DNA of 62,656 nucleotides, counting the filler, from Choristocarpus tenellus KU-1152 (Eukaryota > Protista > Phaeophyceae), in NCBI GenBank assembly GCA_964200185.2. It is 10 parts of 10 records of this genome, joined end to end, with 100 filler letters (N's around TTAATTAATTAA, not from the genome) between each part and the next. Parts side by side here need not be neighbours in the genome. Positions count along the whole stretch, not along the records: positions 13,601 to 18,627 come from CAXNAD020012123.1; positions 18,728 to 27,707 come from CAXNAD020004136.1; 8 more parts are not named here. The stretch is one strand, 5' to 3'. Every line of letters begins with the position of its first letter. Position 1 is the first letter of the stretch. The notes under the pieces are model-generated. The model had not been told where the DNA came from. It made no database searches and saw nothing but the letters and a program-made list of their open reading frames with translations. Below, piece by piece: positions 13,601 to 26,453 of the stretch. Position numbers and translations under genes: made by a program.

Positions 13601-16600
13601 CCCCCCCTCTCCTCTCCTCGTCCCTTGAATGTAGTCTTCCGTCCTTCTCTCACAAAACCCCCCCTTTCCCTCGCCTCGATAGCAGACCGTAGAACTGTCA
13701 AGAGCTTGGTAGGAATCTTCTTGCCGTTCCCAACAAGTTTCTTGCAAGTCAAAACAGTACCTGCCATGGGTTCCCACCTTACGTCTTTAACTCGCTTCTG
13801 CTTCCCAGTTCGCCCGGATCTATCACCAGCGAGACTGTAGCCTTCTATAAAACTACTTTTGCCATACTTCTCAAGGGTCATTAGCGCAACGTTGTCATGT
13901 GTGTGATCACTGGTCGGCCGAAGCCAGTGAATGTCCACCCCACGCTCCCCGTCCTCGCCAACGCACTCCAATAGGATCTTGCCGACCAAGAGCAGCGTCT
14001 CCATTGCCACAAAAAAGGCAAAACTGCCTTCCTGCACTGAGACTAGGTTTCCATGGTTCCCCGATGTCAAGGTAGTACAAGGCCAACCCCGTCGACGGGA
14101 GCCCGGTTCTTCCTTGTCACTGTCCGATGAGGAAGAGTGTGTTTCCTCAAGCCTGCCAAGATCATTGTAACCGCTGACGAGATTATCTCCCCCACCCAAA
14201 CGTTCGCCCTGGTCGTTGTCTTCGACGTCGCTGGTTCTAGTTCCAGCGCCATCGTCATCGGTGGGAAGCCAATGGACTGGGAGGTCGAAATCTTGTTCCC
14301 CTGTTTTTTTGAGAAGTCGCACAGACTCGCTTTGCTCGTGTTTCGCTCTCTGAACGGCTTCATTCATCTGCAAAGGTGGAATCCATGAGCACGAGAACAT
14401 CAACGGTATGGATGCATGAATGTTACTTTGTTACCAGGCGTGAGGTTGCACGAATGTGCTCGAGGAGCATGCGGTGAGAGGGAGGGTGTATATTTCGTCG
14501 GAATCGTCTCTGTTGAGTACAGGACCGGTGCCCTCAAAACATTTATGGGGAGTAATCTATGGTAATTTTTATTGTAACATGCGACGATCACTACACATGA
14601 GAATGCAATAATTTTCAAGATTTTTTTCTAAAGGCTGTAAAGGCTGCCTCATACAAAAGTTGCACCTGATTTTTTTGGCTGCCACCGAATACCAAAATTA
14701 GCTATCAACTCCCCTCACGAAAAAATCGACTTACCCAGTGGGTACGCAGCAGGGAGGCGCTCGTGCGACGCCTGGTACCGCTGCTCCACCTTCAGGATGA
14801 CGTCTTTGGGAACGCTCTTGAGCTTGTAGGGTGGTGCATCTTGGATATGAGGTGGGTGGCCGATGAAGAGGTCGTTCGGAGGGGCGTTGGGGTCCATAGC
14901 AAGGTCTCCGCCTATCCCACTCCATTCGGTGCTGTGCATGTATCGCTTTACGCTAACCTTCACCCGCCCATCACCGCCTTTTTCAACGCGAAGAGCCCTG
15001 TAGCTCGTGATGTTGGGGACACGGTTGACGTGACCGCGAAGGAGTCCCTTGAAGTTACCCTCGTTCCGCAGGGTCTTTTAGTATACTGGAACCTCCGTGT
15101 ATGAGGCCTGCAGCTCTTCACCCAGCTGTGTTCTTGTGAATATGTTCTTGCCTTTTATACCACGTGAGAACCTGAAGGTGAAATGCAAGGAAGTTAATTT
15201 CGAGTTGGGGGTGAAAGAAGCAAAGTGGATAAGCAAGATATATATGCAGGCACATGCTCTGATGCATGTATATGGAAGTATAGGTATAAAAATGGGTGAT
15301 GCGTACATTTTGTTTCATTGTTTTGTTTTGAGAGTATGTTACGAAACAGTTTTGGCAGCTGCTCCAATCGTTCAATTTTGTTGTGGGGAAATCAAAAGCC
15401 AATCAATCAATTACAGTGTACGACCATAAACCTTCCAGGAATGCAACAAGCGTGAGCTGCAAGCCTCGAGGCAGTATCTGTCCGTATCAAAACACTATGT
15501 GGCTATCGAACTTGCATATCTTGCCTAATTACCTGGAGAAGATCTGATCGATTTTGATGTGCATGTGCCCCACCATCATAAAATGTATCTCGACTACACG
15601 AATGACACTTGCCGCAACCAACAGCCCCACTTATCCGAGAAAGGAATTGTTCTTGTTCTCTGAGGCGCAGTTGTCGACCTGGCCAGTTTGGGGAGTTGAG
15701 TGCGAGGGAGGGATAGGCGTGAGGCCGATATGTCAGCCCATTTCGCCGCGTTTCGTGGAGGAACACGGTAGGTTTCCAGTATTGCTAGAGCGCAATCTCT
15801 ACATCACCGCCATTATACATGCAGGTTGCAACACACAAACCAAAACTAAAGACCGTGCAGTTAGTTACTTGGTGACTGGTATTCAGCGAGTATGTGTTGA
15901 GTAGGTCGTGTCAAGATGAAACCTTCTTACCTGCCAATGCGCGTGCTGGATGATGCAATTCCCCGAGTGATTGAGGCTGTTGTGTTACTTGTCAACAAGC
16001 CTTGTGAGGGCAAGGTGGGTGGCTGTGCAGACAAGGTTACAACCTGCGCAAACAATGATGTTCAACAACTGTTGGCAAAAGGTACTCTGCTCACTTACGC
16101 ATTGTTTATTTGGAGCTAAAAAGAGGGGAATGTAATTTGTTTATGCAATGTAGAGGACATACACCCATACAGCTGATGTACATGTCTGCGATCTCCACCA
16201 CCTGTTGATTAGCTCTTACGCTCCTCTCGCCCTAACCCTAAGGTGAGGCGTAGGAGGGCAGGGGAGCACAGCGCATCATCAATTAATCGATTGTTCACTA
16301 GGCCTGCGGTATCTGTAGGCACGTCGTGTAAGGATGTACTCGTCCTTACGGATTTACCCTACGGCAGGTCCACTCGCCGCGACGATAAATCAAGTGGTGC
16401 GTGCGCAACCAGCATCTATTCGGTCATGTGATTGTTCGCCACGACCCACAATACGTACCTCCTCCAAGATTGATAGAAGTGAAGAACACCTCCGCAAACT
16501 GGCCTTCGACGTGTGCGGCAATGATCTTCTGGCGCCCGGAGTAGCCCCTGATAAGGGGGACATGAACGAAAGGAACTTGTAAAGAAAGGACGTCATGATG

Positions 16601-18403
16601 AACGGAATAGGTAGTGGAATTATGTGCGTTTGTTTTGGCGATTATTTCTTGGGACTTTGCTCTCGTTCGTAGAATAAAACATCGTTGTCTATTCTGTTCC
16701 GCGTGCGGCTGCAGGCTTCTTGTCGGATGGACTATGCGTGCGTGTGGTTACCTGTCACCGCTGTGGGTAGATGGGTAAAGTGCTGGAAGGGCGTGTGCTG
16801 TCTGGTTCACGGCGTCTACGGACATGAACACGAAGCCGAGAGGTTGCTGTCGGCTTTGGCCCGCATGGCGCTGCTGGTGCTGTTGGCGATGACCAGCCGA
16901 TCCGCCAGGATAATCTGGCGAATGGGGGACAGCAACATCACGTGAATTAATCAAATAAATCTGCTCAGAGTTAAAAAAAAAATTGCCACTTGTTAACACG
17001 TATCAGGTTAGTTAGTAACAAAAATGTAGTCTGGGTAACAATAGATGTTTGTATTGGGATATGTTTTTTATTGCTGCGTTCAAGACAAGCACCAAGTTAT
17101 CGGGATGGTAGGAAACGTACCAGGCTGGAAGACTGCTACATGACCTATCCCTCCCACAGCCCGTTGTACACGACCAGGAAGCAGTCTATCGTACAAGATG
17201 TTTGGGCAGCTAATAACAGCAAGTTTGGCAGTGAGTAAGGCTACTGCTGCTGCCATAAACACCTACGTGGGAGTCTTCATTCGCAAACGGAAACAGATTT
17301 ACTTCAAAACGGAGGGCAACGACGGCGACATGTCGTCACTGTACCCTTGTTGCAAAATTAACGCTGGACACCTACCTCTCGATGATCTGATAGCTCCTTA
17401 TCGATGGACTCGAGGACAGTGGAGTCTTTCGTGGGTTTTACACCAGGCGCACCGTGCCGCTTCTCTTTCAACGTGACAAATATGTCACATTTCATAAATT
17501 CGCCTCCTAGCCTCACCCTGATGTTGGGCCTGTCCTCTCTGAGCAATCGGAGGAAGTGCGCCTTGCTTACCCGCTTGGAAGGGTCGTCAGGATACACCCG
17601 TATTGACTCTTTGCAAAAATCCTTGTATAGCTCCTAATTTAAAATGTTGGTTGTGTGGGCAAGTGAGGAGTTATTGAGAAGGAACACTCGAAGAACACCC
17701 CTGCAACATCTCTCGAAGGCGGGCTGACCAATAACTTGACTGAGAACGCGGAAGATAGGATCAAGCAAGCTTACATCGTGCATTACAAAAGAGCAAATAC
17801 AATGATCTGATTAAATCTGCCATGGGTGTCATTCTGTTCGGGCCTCGCTGCCGTTTGCAGAGGCGACAAAGGAGGCGAATCTACCACCACCACCATCATC
17901 ATCATCACGAAGCGCTTTAGACATACAAAGTACACACTTTTCCTACCAATGTCAGACCGGGCCCGGGGCTGCAGAGTATGTGTGCTCGGCGTTGAAATAA
18001 CAGTTATTGTGTCTTCCTTCGTAAAATCGACAACGAGTATCATCATGAATATCGAAATATCGACATAGCAAACGAAAAAGATAACACTTTGTATGAATCT
18101 TGACATGTTCTTTCAACCATAATATCAGACCGGACAAAGTAGTGAACATCCACCACTCGATATACTACTTAGATCCACCTTTTCTACGTACTGTGGGGTC
18201 ACACGGTTTGTATCTAACTCCAACACAGGGTGCAGTCAACCTCTCCACAACCAAGGGAAAAATCGACCTGTTTGTTCACGGCGTAGATCACAATTGTTGA
18301 CTTGTGAGGCATGAACTGCCCGTATGTATCAGCCCAGTAGTCGATCCAGGACAACACCAGGTCTCGCTTCGGAGCCATGTCCTTATCTTTGCTCGTGCCG
18401 TTC
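13601..18403 (-). mobile_element. Intron-containing Sola-type DDD transposase, pseudogenised
   Basis: Exons 18403-18268 (WIDYWADTYGQFMP), 17633-17376 (FMKCD), ~16914-16752 (FMSVDAVNQTAHALP, first Asp), ~16578-16458, 16043-15931 (GCNLV...HWQ), 15678-15533 (VDNCASENKN...FMMVGHMHIKIDQIFS, second and third Asp), 15171-14735 and ~14370-13601. At least three TAA stops and a frameshift. Confidence 0.78.
14547..14714. mobile_element. Possible small MITE inside a transposase intron
   Basis: Imperfect inverted ends GGGGAGTAATCTATGGTAATTTT and AAAATTAGCTATCAACTCCCC. Confidence 0.35.
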
Positions 18404-18727
18404 CTGTTGTAGTAGCGCACGTATCTACATGAATGGATGGGATATGTGTTGGAGGTGGATGCGAGGGACGGGGGATGGAATCCTAGAGGTATCCTATGCC
18501 AGCAGCGGATCATATACTCTGTAGATATTTATGCCTGGTACATGATGCAGCAGCGTGGGGACAGTCGGATGAGATTATATTGTTGAAGCATGAAAAACAT
18601 ATCGCACGTGCATATACATACATAGGTNNNNNNNNNNNNNNNNNNNNNNNNNNNNNNNNNNNNNNNNNNNNTTAATTAATTAANNNNNNNNNNNNNNNNN
18701 NNNNNNNNNNNNNNNNNNNNNNNNNNN

Positions 18728-19726
18728 ATGGTGGTGGAGGAATCGAGAACACTGAAGAGGCTGTTCTTTTCCTCACAGTCCCCGATGCACCGTCCCCTCC
18801 CATAAACCCAACGTCATCCTCATCACCCAAGCTCTTATTGTCTGACTGGTACAAGGATTCCTCGAGCAGCTGGTCTTTCATGTCCTCTAGTATTGCATTG
18901 GCCACTTCATTATTGTCTTCCACACTGATCCACGCTCTCTCTCTATGTCGATGGAAGCCTGAGACGGTCTTCTGCCAGGTTTGAGGTGCAGAGCATCAAG
19001 AACATCGGAGAGATCCCCATCGACATGGGTGCTCCTCGTGCCGACACTAAAGCACTGCATGATGTGTATCAGCTCATGGGTGTCCTCAAGAGAGTTGTCA
19101 GTGCTGGAGGTGAACTTGTTCAAGGTACAAGTAGTATCGCCAAATCTTGAGGTCAGCTTCTGACGGGCGCAGGGAGAATGTTGGCCTTAATATCTAACAC
19201 CTGCCATGGAATGAAATGCACAATTTGCACACGCGTTTCATTTCGCTGGCACCGAAAAGGATCCACGATGCCACAAATGCCATGAAGATAGCCGCTAGAA
19301 ACGCGACACTTATGGCATGTATATTGTGGTGGACCAGGAGTATTACCCTGCATGTTGCAGCTGGATCCCGCTGTGCAGGACATTGTTGTATCTGTATAAT
19401 ACAGTCATCTAACCCTCGATCTGATATATTGTATATAATCTACAATGCAGAACTGAGAGACAAAAGACTGCTATATGTTGTGTATTGCTGGTGTCGAGCA
19501 TCTTTGTGCCTTACTTTGTTATATTTTCTTAACTTTAGACATGACTTTTTGTGAAACCCCTTGGTCAAGTATTGAAAAAAAACGCAAATTTGCTTGATAT
19601 AAGAGAATTCGGGAGGAAAACGCCGAAACCTCTCTTATAGCGTGAAAAGTCATCACAAGGCAATTTACCCTCACTTATATCCCATTTTCTCTAAAATCTA
19701 CCTCTCTTATATAGGTACAGCCTCTG
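18728..19726 (-). mobile_element. pogo/Tigger-like element, second copy with a different internal deletion
   Basis: Reverse-complement homology to 11915-12420 and 12950-13240; terminus CCTCTCTTATATAGGTACAGCCTCTG|TA. Confidence 0.78.
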
Positions 19727-20153
19727 TATAGACATTTTTTAGTGTGGACTAGTACAACACGTGCACGCATTTTTCGTTATTGAACTACAATGTTGGCAGT
19801 CGCCTCCAGCGTCAACTTTGTCATGCCATAACTTTTGATCAACAACAATTTTTTTTCATGAAAATTCGTTTCTTGGAATTGCATCAGTATGTTAACTTCA
19901 TTTGATGGGTCTCGGTTGGCCAGCTTGCGGTAATCGTGAGAAATGCAGGACCATACTTAAATCAAGTAGTCCGCGCGCGAACCTGGCATTTAAGGATGAT
20001 TTTGACGCCAGAAGAGGCCATCGCCCAGAGAAAATGGGCGTTGTTATTTCTCCATTCTCTTTCCATAAATTCCCGTTTATGCGATATCGCCACCTGCTGA
20101 CTAAGGCTCACTTATGGGGGCCCAGACTTCTGAACCAGACAATTCATGCCAAG

Positions 20154-20435
20154 TCAAATGAGGTATTCTGAAGGTGCAGGCCTCCTGTGAGACTTAAATG
20201 TCTTGTACTCTCTGTTCAATTGGGTGCATTCCATGCCTTTCTCGTTGGAATATATCAGGTGGTAAGCAATACTCATCCTGAAGAACCTCTCCAAAATTAT
20301 TCTTGACAACCCCCCTTCCTCCTTAAGACTGACAGGAATGTTGGCTCTTATTTCAGGCAACATGTAGTCAAAGTGACCTTGTACATAGTGGTTCGCCCGC
20401 CCCCAGACCATCTCTATTGGGTTCAATTCACAGTG
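20154..20435 (-). mobile_element. IS630/Tc1-type DDE transposase, C-terminal fragment
   Basis: HCELNPIEMVWG (catalytic Glu motif) through to FKSHRR. Confidence 0.75.
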
Positions 20436-20551
20436 TCCTGTGAGGGGCAGGCGACAACTCGGAGGTCATTGGGTGTTACAATGTCCTGTGAGTGGCTTAA
20501 ACAGTATTAAGCCCCGGTCCACCCACGTGCTGTTTTGGTGGTTACCAATAT

Positions 20552-20802
20552 CTCGATTTTTTTTTTTAAAGGTTGACCAACGAGTTAATTGACGATCACC
20601 ATATCAAATCAAAGCTCTGGATCTAGGCTATCGATTTATGCCAAGTAATTCTTTCGGAAAAATATTTTGGTCGTGATAATTCATTCTGGAACATTTTCAA
20701 GGTTGTGCCGAAAACATGCGGTTAAAATTTAACCTTTCCAAAACAATTTTCCGAAAGAATCGTCGTTTAACTCGTTGGACAACCTTTAAAAAAAATCAAG
20801 AC
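20552..20802. mobile_element. Foldback/MITE-like element with ~45-bp inverted ends
   Basis: GA(T)nAAAGGTTGACCAACGAGTTAATTGACGAT pairs with ATCGTCGTTTAACTCGTTGGACAACCTTT(A)nTC. Confidence 0.7.
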
Positions 20803-21604
20803 CGGTCTGATCCTAGAGGTGACGGCAACACTATAGTACAACATATAGTAGACATGGTCTGAACATGAAAGAGAAAAAAATTAACCTGGTCAGCGGGCAA
20901 AAACAGATTGGTACAATTGCCCGGTTAACTTGATCCAGACATGTTAGAGGATGCTATACCTGGTCCAGCCAGCATGTCTGGACATAGACTAGTATGATAT
21001 CTAATGGACATGGTCTGGACATGTCACAGAATGTTTGACTCGGTCCGGCTGACGGACATGTACTGGGGCATGCAATATAATTGCTGGACGGGTCTGGTCA
21101 GCGAACAGAATCATTCTAATTTATTAACTGGGTGGAAAGCCCTGGTTCAAACTTCTAACGTCAAAGTTACTTAGTACCCTCGCAGCAACATTTTCATGAC
21201 TTGGACGGACTATGGAGATCCCTAACCCTAACCCTAACTCTGGAAAGCACCTCCCTCCAATTCATCCAAAAAGTTCCGGCAAGGGAAATAGCAATTTCAC
21301 TGTCAGATGTTCAACCAGATTCCCTGTAAGGGGGCATCCTCGGTCAAGACATTCCAGCTAGTTCTAGTAGCAAGTCCCTTGATGTACGTTTTTTTGCGTT
21401 ATCAATAAGGTAGTGAGCGAGAGCGAAATATGTATGAATAATGTGTTATGTTTATGTGCCGTTGGGAGCTTAAAACGATTGGGAAGGATAAATATATGTC
21501 CCAATGTCCTCAGCCAAAGACCCCTTCTTCCCAACCAACGCACAATAAAAACGTTTATTTAATATCCGCCATTCTCGTTGCAAATTGCCAATCAAAATGT
21601 ATTT

Positions 21605-21865
21605 GACTGAAAGTATCTTAGAGGGTACGAGTTTTGCCCTGTTTGTCCATTTGGGGCTTGACTTCCCATGGCGTATTTTTGTTACGTTTTCCTACTCCAA
21701 AATGTTTCGGGGTAGGAAGAATGTATATGTCATTAAAAGGTGTGTCCGAAACAAGGATATTGACACTTCCCAACAAACACGATAGCCAAAATTACATCAA
21801 TATCACGACATTGGATTTGGACCCCCAAATGGACAAGGCCCTACCCTCTGAGATAACTTTGGATT
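21605..21865 (+). mobile_element. MITE family A, full length
   Basis: GACTGAAAGTATCTTAGAGGGTACG...CTACCCTCTGAGATAACTTTGG. Confidence 0.9.
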
Positions 21866-22565
21866 TTGGTATTATACATGGGACGGCTGAAGTTAATTAC
21901 CCAGATTTGATTCTTTCCTATGAGATTTGTGGCACGCAGTATGCGCAGAATACTTAAACTACTGCAACACTTGCAGATCCATTTCGCGTTTTGTGAGTTT
22001 GGTACAACAAGCGTGTGGAGAACTGGAACAGGGACATCGTGATGTGACTCCATTTATTGCCAAGACCTCAAACAACGATATGTGATGGAAAATTCACTTG
22101 AAATGAAGACTCAAAATGGAACTCGTGGCTGAATGGTATTGAAAACTACTACTGTACGTTTGAGATTTTCTTACTAGGAGCTAGGGAGAGTGGAAGGAAT
22201 CAGAACGGGCCTACTGGTTGTTGGGGGATGTGTTGTGCGTTTGATGGTTGACTTTTACGGATTAGCAACCACATATTTCCCGGTTCTAAATTTTCCAATC
22301 ATCAAGAGTATTGCTGATAGAATATTATTATTGTTGGTGCCATGAGATCTTTCTTGAGTCATATTCAAGGGCATTAGGAGGACTTGGGGTCATATCTTGG
22401 TGAGATTGTTCCTACCAACTTCTCAACACTTGCTTCTGATTCATCTTCTACTATTAGTGCATCACCCTACCGGTGCTTATTATGACAGCCACCAGTGTAA
22501 GATGCTTCATGCCGGAGCTAAGCCTCCCCACCCTTCTCCCTTATATTTTTTTCTCTTTCAAAAAG

Positions 22566-25164
22566 ATTACTGATACAGGTTTGGATGAGACTTCTTGCTT
22601 CTTCACACATGGGGATGACACACAAATCCAGCATGGGTATTATTTTGACGAATTATATAGTGACTATGAAGGATCTGATTACGAAGTAGTCGACACGGGG
22701 GGAAACTTTTTCTCTGATCTCTCTCGGCGCAAGGTGAGATACCTTACGAGGATCACAAGGTAGACCCCAATTTATCTTTTGTCCTATAGCATTTTCTCTC
22801 ACTAATGCTATGCTGTGCTGTCACCGTGTACAATGTCGATACCACAGAGATTGAAAAAATATTTTGCATGATTTGATTATCTTTGCTGGACCCAGTTGCT
22901 CCAGAGTATATAACAAGGCAAACATGTACTGGGAAGCTGTAATCAGGAGCTTGAACAATAACTTCTTACTGGTAAAGATAGAAATAAAGAAGGCCAGGAG
23001 GAGCCAGGAGTCCTGCGTATCATAGGTGCAGATGTTGGCTTAGCACAATATAGTTAGGTGGGAAGGCCGTGCATATGGGAACATGCGATCACCTTCGATC
23101 ACCTGTATGTTATTAGCGGGACATAGGGGTAAATATTTTTCACCGCACTCAGATACCCCACCAAGAGATAAGACATGCCTCCAGAAACTATCTTCTCCCC
23201 TATCAACCTCTCCCCTCTCTTACTCTTCCATGGCTCCTAAAACCCGCCAACCGCCAACCTTGAACCTGTTCCTAGGTAGTGCAATACATAGACTTTGTGA
23301 GGACAAATTTATCTGGGGATTCTGGTGCAGAACGGGACCCTGCAGATGGCTTTGGCATTGATTTAGAGGACGGTCATGGGACACACGTGGGAGGCTCTGC
23401 TGCAGGATCAACCCTGCATTCACCGCCAGTTATTGTAGAGTGTGATGTGGGTGAAGAGCTGGTTTGCAGCGGGAAGTGTGTAGCCAGAGCCAACATTGCA
23501 TACATGCAAAACAACGGTGTTTTCGACATCGACACATACTGCCCCGATTATGACTGTGATGGTGTGGATGCAGGCTCGCCAAATTGTCTTGGGAATGACC
23601 GGGCCAGCACACTGTCAGAGCATGAGGGTATGGCCCCCGGCGCCAAGATTGCTGTTTTTGATCTCTCTGGTGATGGGGACTTCATACTATCGACCCTTTT
23701 GGGGAATGGATTGTGGGAGGCTGCCAATGATACAGGCGCCAAGATCCACACCAACTCTTGGGGTGGTGATTACCTGTGCGACCTAGACAGTGATTCAACA
23801 CTCTATGATGGCTATCTTTCCGAGGTGCTTTCCTGGTTTGTTTTTTCATATTTGTCCTAGTAGTACCACTGTGCCTTTATTGCATACTACAGTTCTCTCT
23901 TCGTTTCCTCAAGTTATATGAATCGCTACTCCTTCTCACTCATCCATTACCCTCTGCAACATGTGCAGTCCTATGCTTTTTGCAATGACCACTATCCCCT
24001 CTTTCACCTGTTTCACCTTTTATCCTTGTCTCGCTCTCGAATGAAGAACCCAGACCACCTCCTAATCTTCGCTGCTGGGAATGATGGTGATTACTTGGGC
24101 GACCCATTACGCTCTGGCTGCACCATCAATGTCCCAGGGATAGCCAAGAATGTGTTGACTATTGGTTCAACTTCTAGTGGGGAGACCCGAAATACTAATA
24201 CAAATATGGACGGACTGTCCTTTTCATCGTTCTCTTCCTCTTCATATGGACCTGCTGCAGATATCGACTCTAGGGCTTACTTTAGCTCTTATGGCCCAAC
24301 CTTAGACAACCGCATCAAACCGGAACTTTTAGCACCGGGTGACAAGGCAAGTTTGTCTACTAAGAGAGTTGGTCTTGTTTATGACTTTTTTGAAAGGTGA
24401 TGGACACACACCAAATGCATACTACAACTGGTTGATTTGGAGTTAAGATTTCTTACTCTATAAATTTGTGATCTTGTTTCGAAATGAGGGAACATCTAGA
24501 TTAATATTTCACTTACCATGTACGTTTTAAATTAAAGTTACATAGGTGTAGGATATGTTACGAATGTTTTTGACAGGACCGTTACGAACATTACATGTTA
24601 TGAGATTCATGTGTTAAAAAAAAATTCTCGATAAGAGTTACATGGATATAGCTCATGTTATGCATGCCTTTTTTCGAGTGTTGCTGACATAATCTTGTGT
24701 GGAGTGTTGCGTTGTCCCGGATGAAAAAGTGTTTCAAGTACTGTGTATTATTTCGAGTGTGGTCCTCCGTAGGGTGGGGAGAGAGAGCGTGGAGGGTCCT
24801 AGTCCTCCAACATGAATTTGTTAGCGTTTCGGTTCAAGATGTTGATACGACGAAGAACTTTCAAATGAATTTTTAAAATGTATTTGATTGTCTCCTAATG
24901 TTTACTTGCTGGAGTTCTTTGATGGATGGACTTTTGTCAACCTTCCATGTCATTATTTTTATTATCATCACATTGTTTTGCCTCCAACACACTCCCTGTG
25001 TGTGTGTTTTTTTTTGTCCATGTGTGTGCACGGTTGATCTTCTCCATCGATATCCTCAGGTCTTTTCTGTGTCAGCCGATGGACTTGATGCTCACAGTTG
25101 CCAGTTGGTGGCCCTAGCAGGCACCTCTATGTCAACACCCATTGCTGCTGGAGCTGCTGTGATG
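22566..25164 (+). CDS. Subtilisin-like S8 serine peptidase (KP-43-like), four catalytic-domain exons; gene ends not located
   Basis: Open phase-0 exons 22566-22733 (ITDTGLD, Asp), 23276-23824 (GHGTHVGGSAAG, His; GMAPGAKI; TNSWG), 24047-24346 (IFAAGNDG oxyanion Asn; FSSYGPTLDNRIKPEL) and 25060-25164 (GTSMSTP, Ser). Confidence 0.92.
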
Positions 25165-26005
25165 GTGAGTCTTGATATGCTCTGTTATTGTTCTTCGAAG
25201 TATGAGCAATCGGTTAGTGATGTTATGAAAATCTCTATCAAGTTCTCTGCATATCTTCGGCATGTGTTTACCAAGCTCTGTCGTCATATTTGGTGCTTTT
25301 CTCTGACAAGGCTTGTCTTCCCTGTCAACCACAGCGCCCCCTGCCCGTGTGATGAGTATAATTGCTATATAGTGTCCACCTTTCAAAGTTGTACCCACTT
25401 CTTTATTCGGCATGATTATATCTGTCTCCCTGTCACGAATGTCAAGCGGTACTTCGTGAAATGAATAATTTCCTTAGAATTACTGTTTGTCCCAAGTGGG
25501 GTGAGCAAATGTGCCCCGATAATTCTAGCAGTTATTGTGCAGTGCTCGCGCTTTGCATCTCACAACACACGAGTGAGGACGGGAATGATTGTCGAAACGT
25601 TTTATGGGAAGAGCGAGACAATGGTATGCTAGAGGTGTTTGGTTTGGGGTGAAGGGGTCAGTGGTAGCATATAAACATTGCCGAGGGGATGCAGACCATT
25701 CTGATTACAAATCCGCTATATTTAGAGGAGAATATTGTGTGGCGGCAGTGTTGTTTAAGGGTTCGGAGGGTAAGCAATTCCTCCGTAACTAATATTATCA
25801 CTATTATTGCGGCGATTTTAGTCTAACATTTTCACATTTTCTCCTTGGACATTGCCCACGAACTCACTTGGATCCAGGTAAGACAATATTTCAGGGATGA
25901 GGACTTCTATATTCATGACCTTAGTTCACGTGAGCTGTGTGGCGATGGAAGTCCCTTTATTTGCGAGGCCTTTTCGCCATCTGGAGCAACCGTCAAGGTA
26001 TATTA

Positions 26006-26261
26006 GAGCCGAAGTAAACGTGAAGTACCCAGTTTTGACCATTTTTCATATATACCAGTTTTGTTATATTTGTGCTATTCAGTCTTATGTCTATGGATGA
26101 AGTGCTGAGTTGGACTTGAGAGGGTTGATTTCTGTATTGTTTGAAACATATCCACACAATTCAGAGAATATACTAAGCACAATGAAAACAATGTCGAATT
26201 TTGCGCATATCTTGTGGCATCGTTAAAATGAAACTCTGGTACCTCTCGTTAACTTTGACTC
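26006..26261 (+). mobile_element. MITE family C
   Basis: TIRs GAGCCGAAGTAAACGTGAAGTACC...GGTACCTCTCGTTAACTTTGACTC; flanked by TTA/TTA; homologous to 48154-48416. Confidence 0.8.
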
Positions 26262-26453
26262 TTAACCACTCTATTCCTCCTCCCATCCAATACCATTGAG
26301 CTACCCCTCGGCCCTCTGACGTGGAGTGGTGAGTGTTGTGCACAGTTTTTCTCTCTCTGTTCCCACAGTACAGTAGAATGTTTCTACTCTACCATGATAT
26401 ACGTACACTTGCGATATGAAATACAAACGGTTGATCCATACTACTAAATCGTA

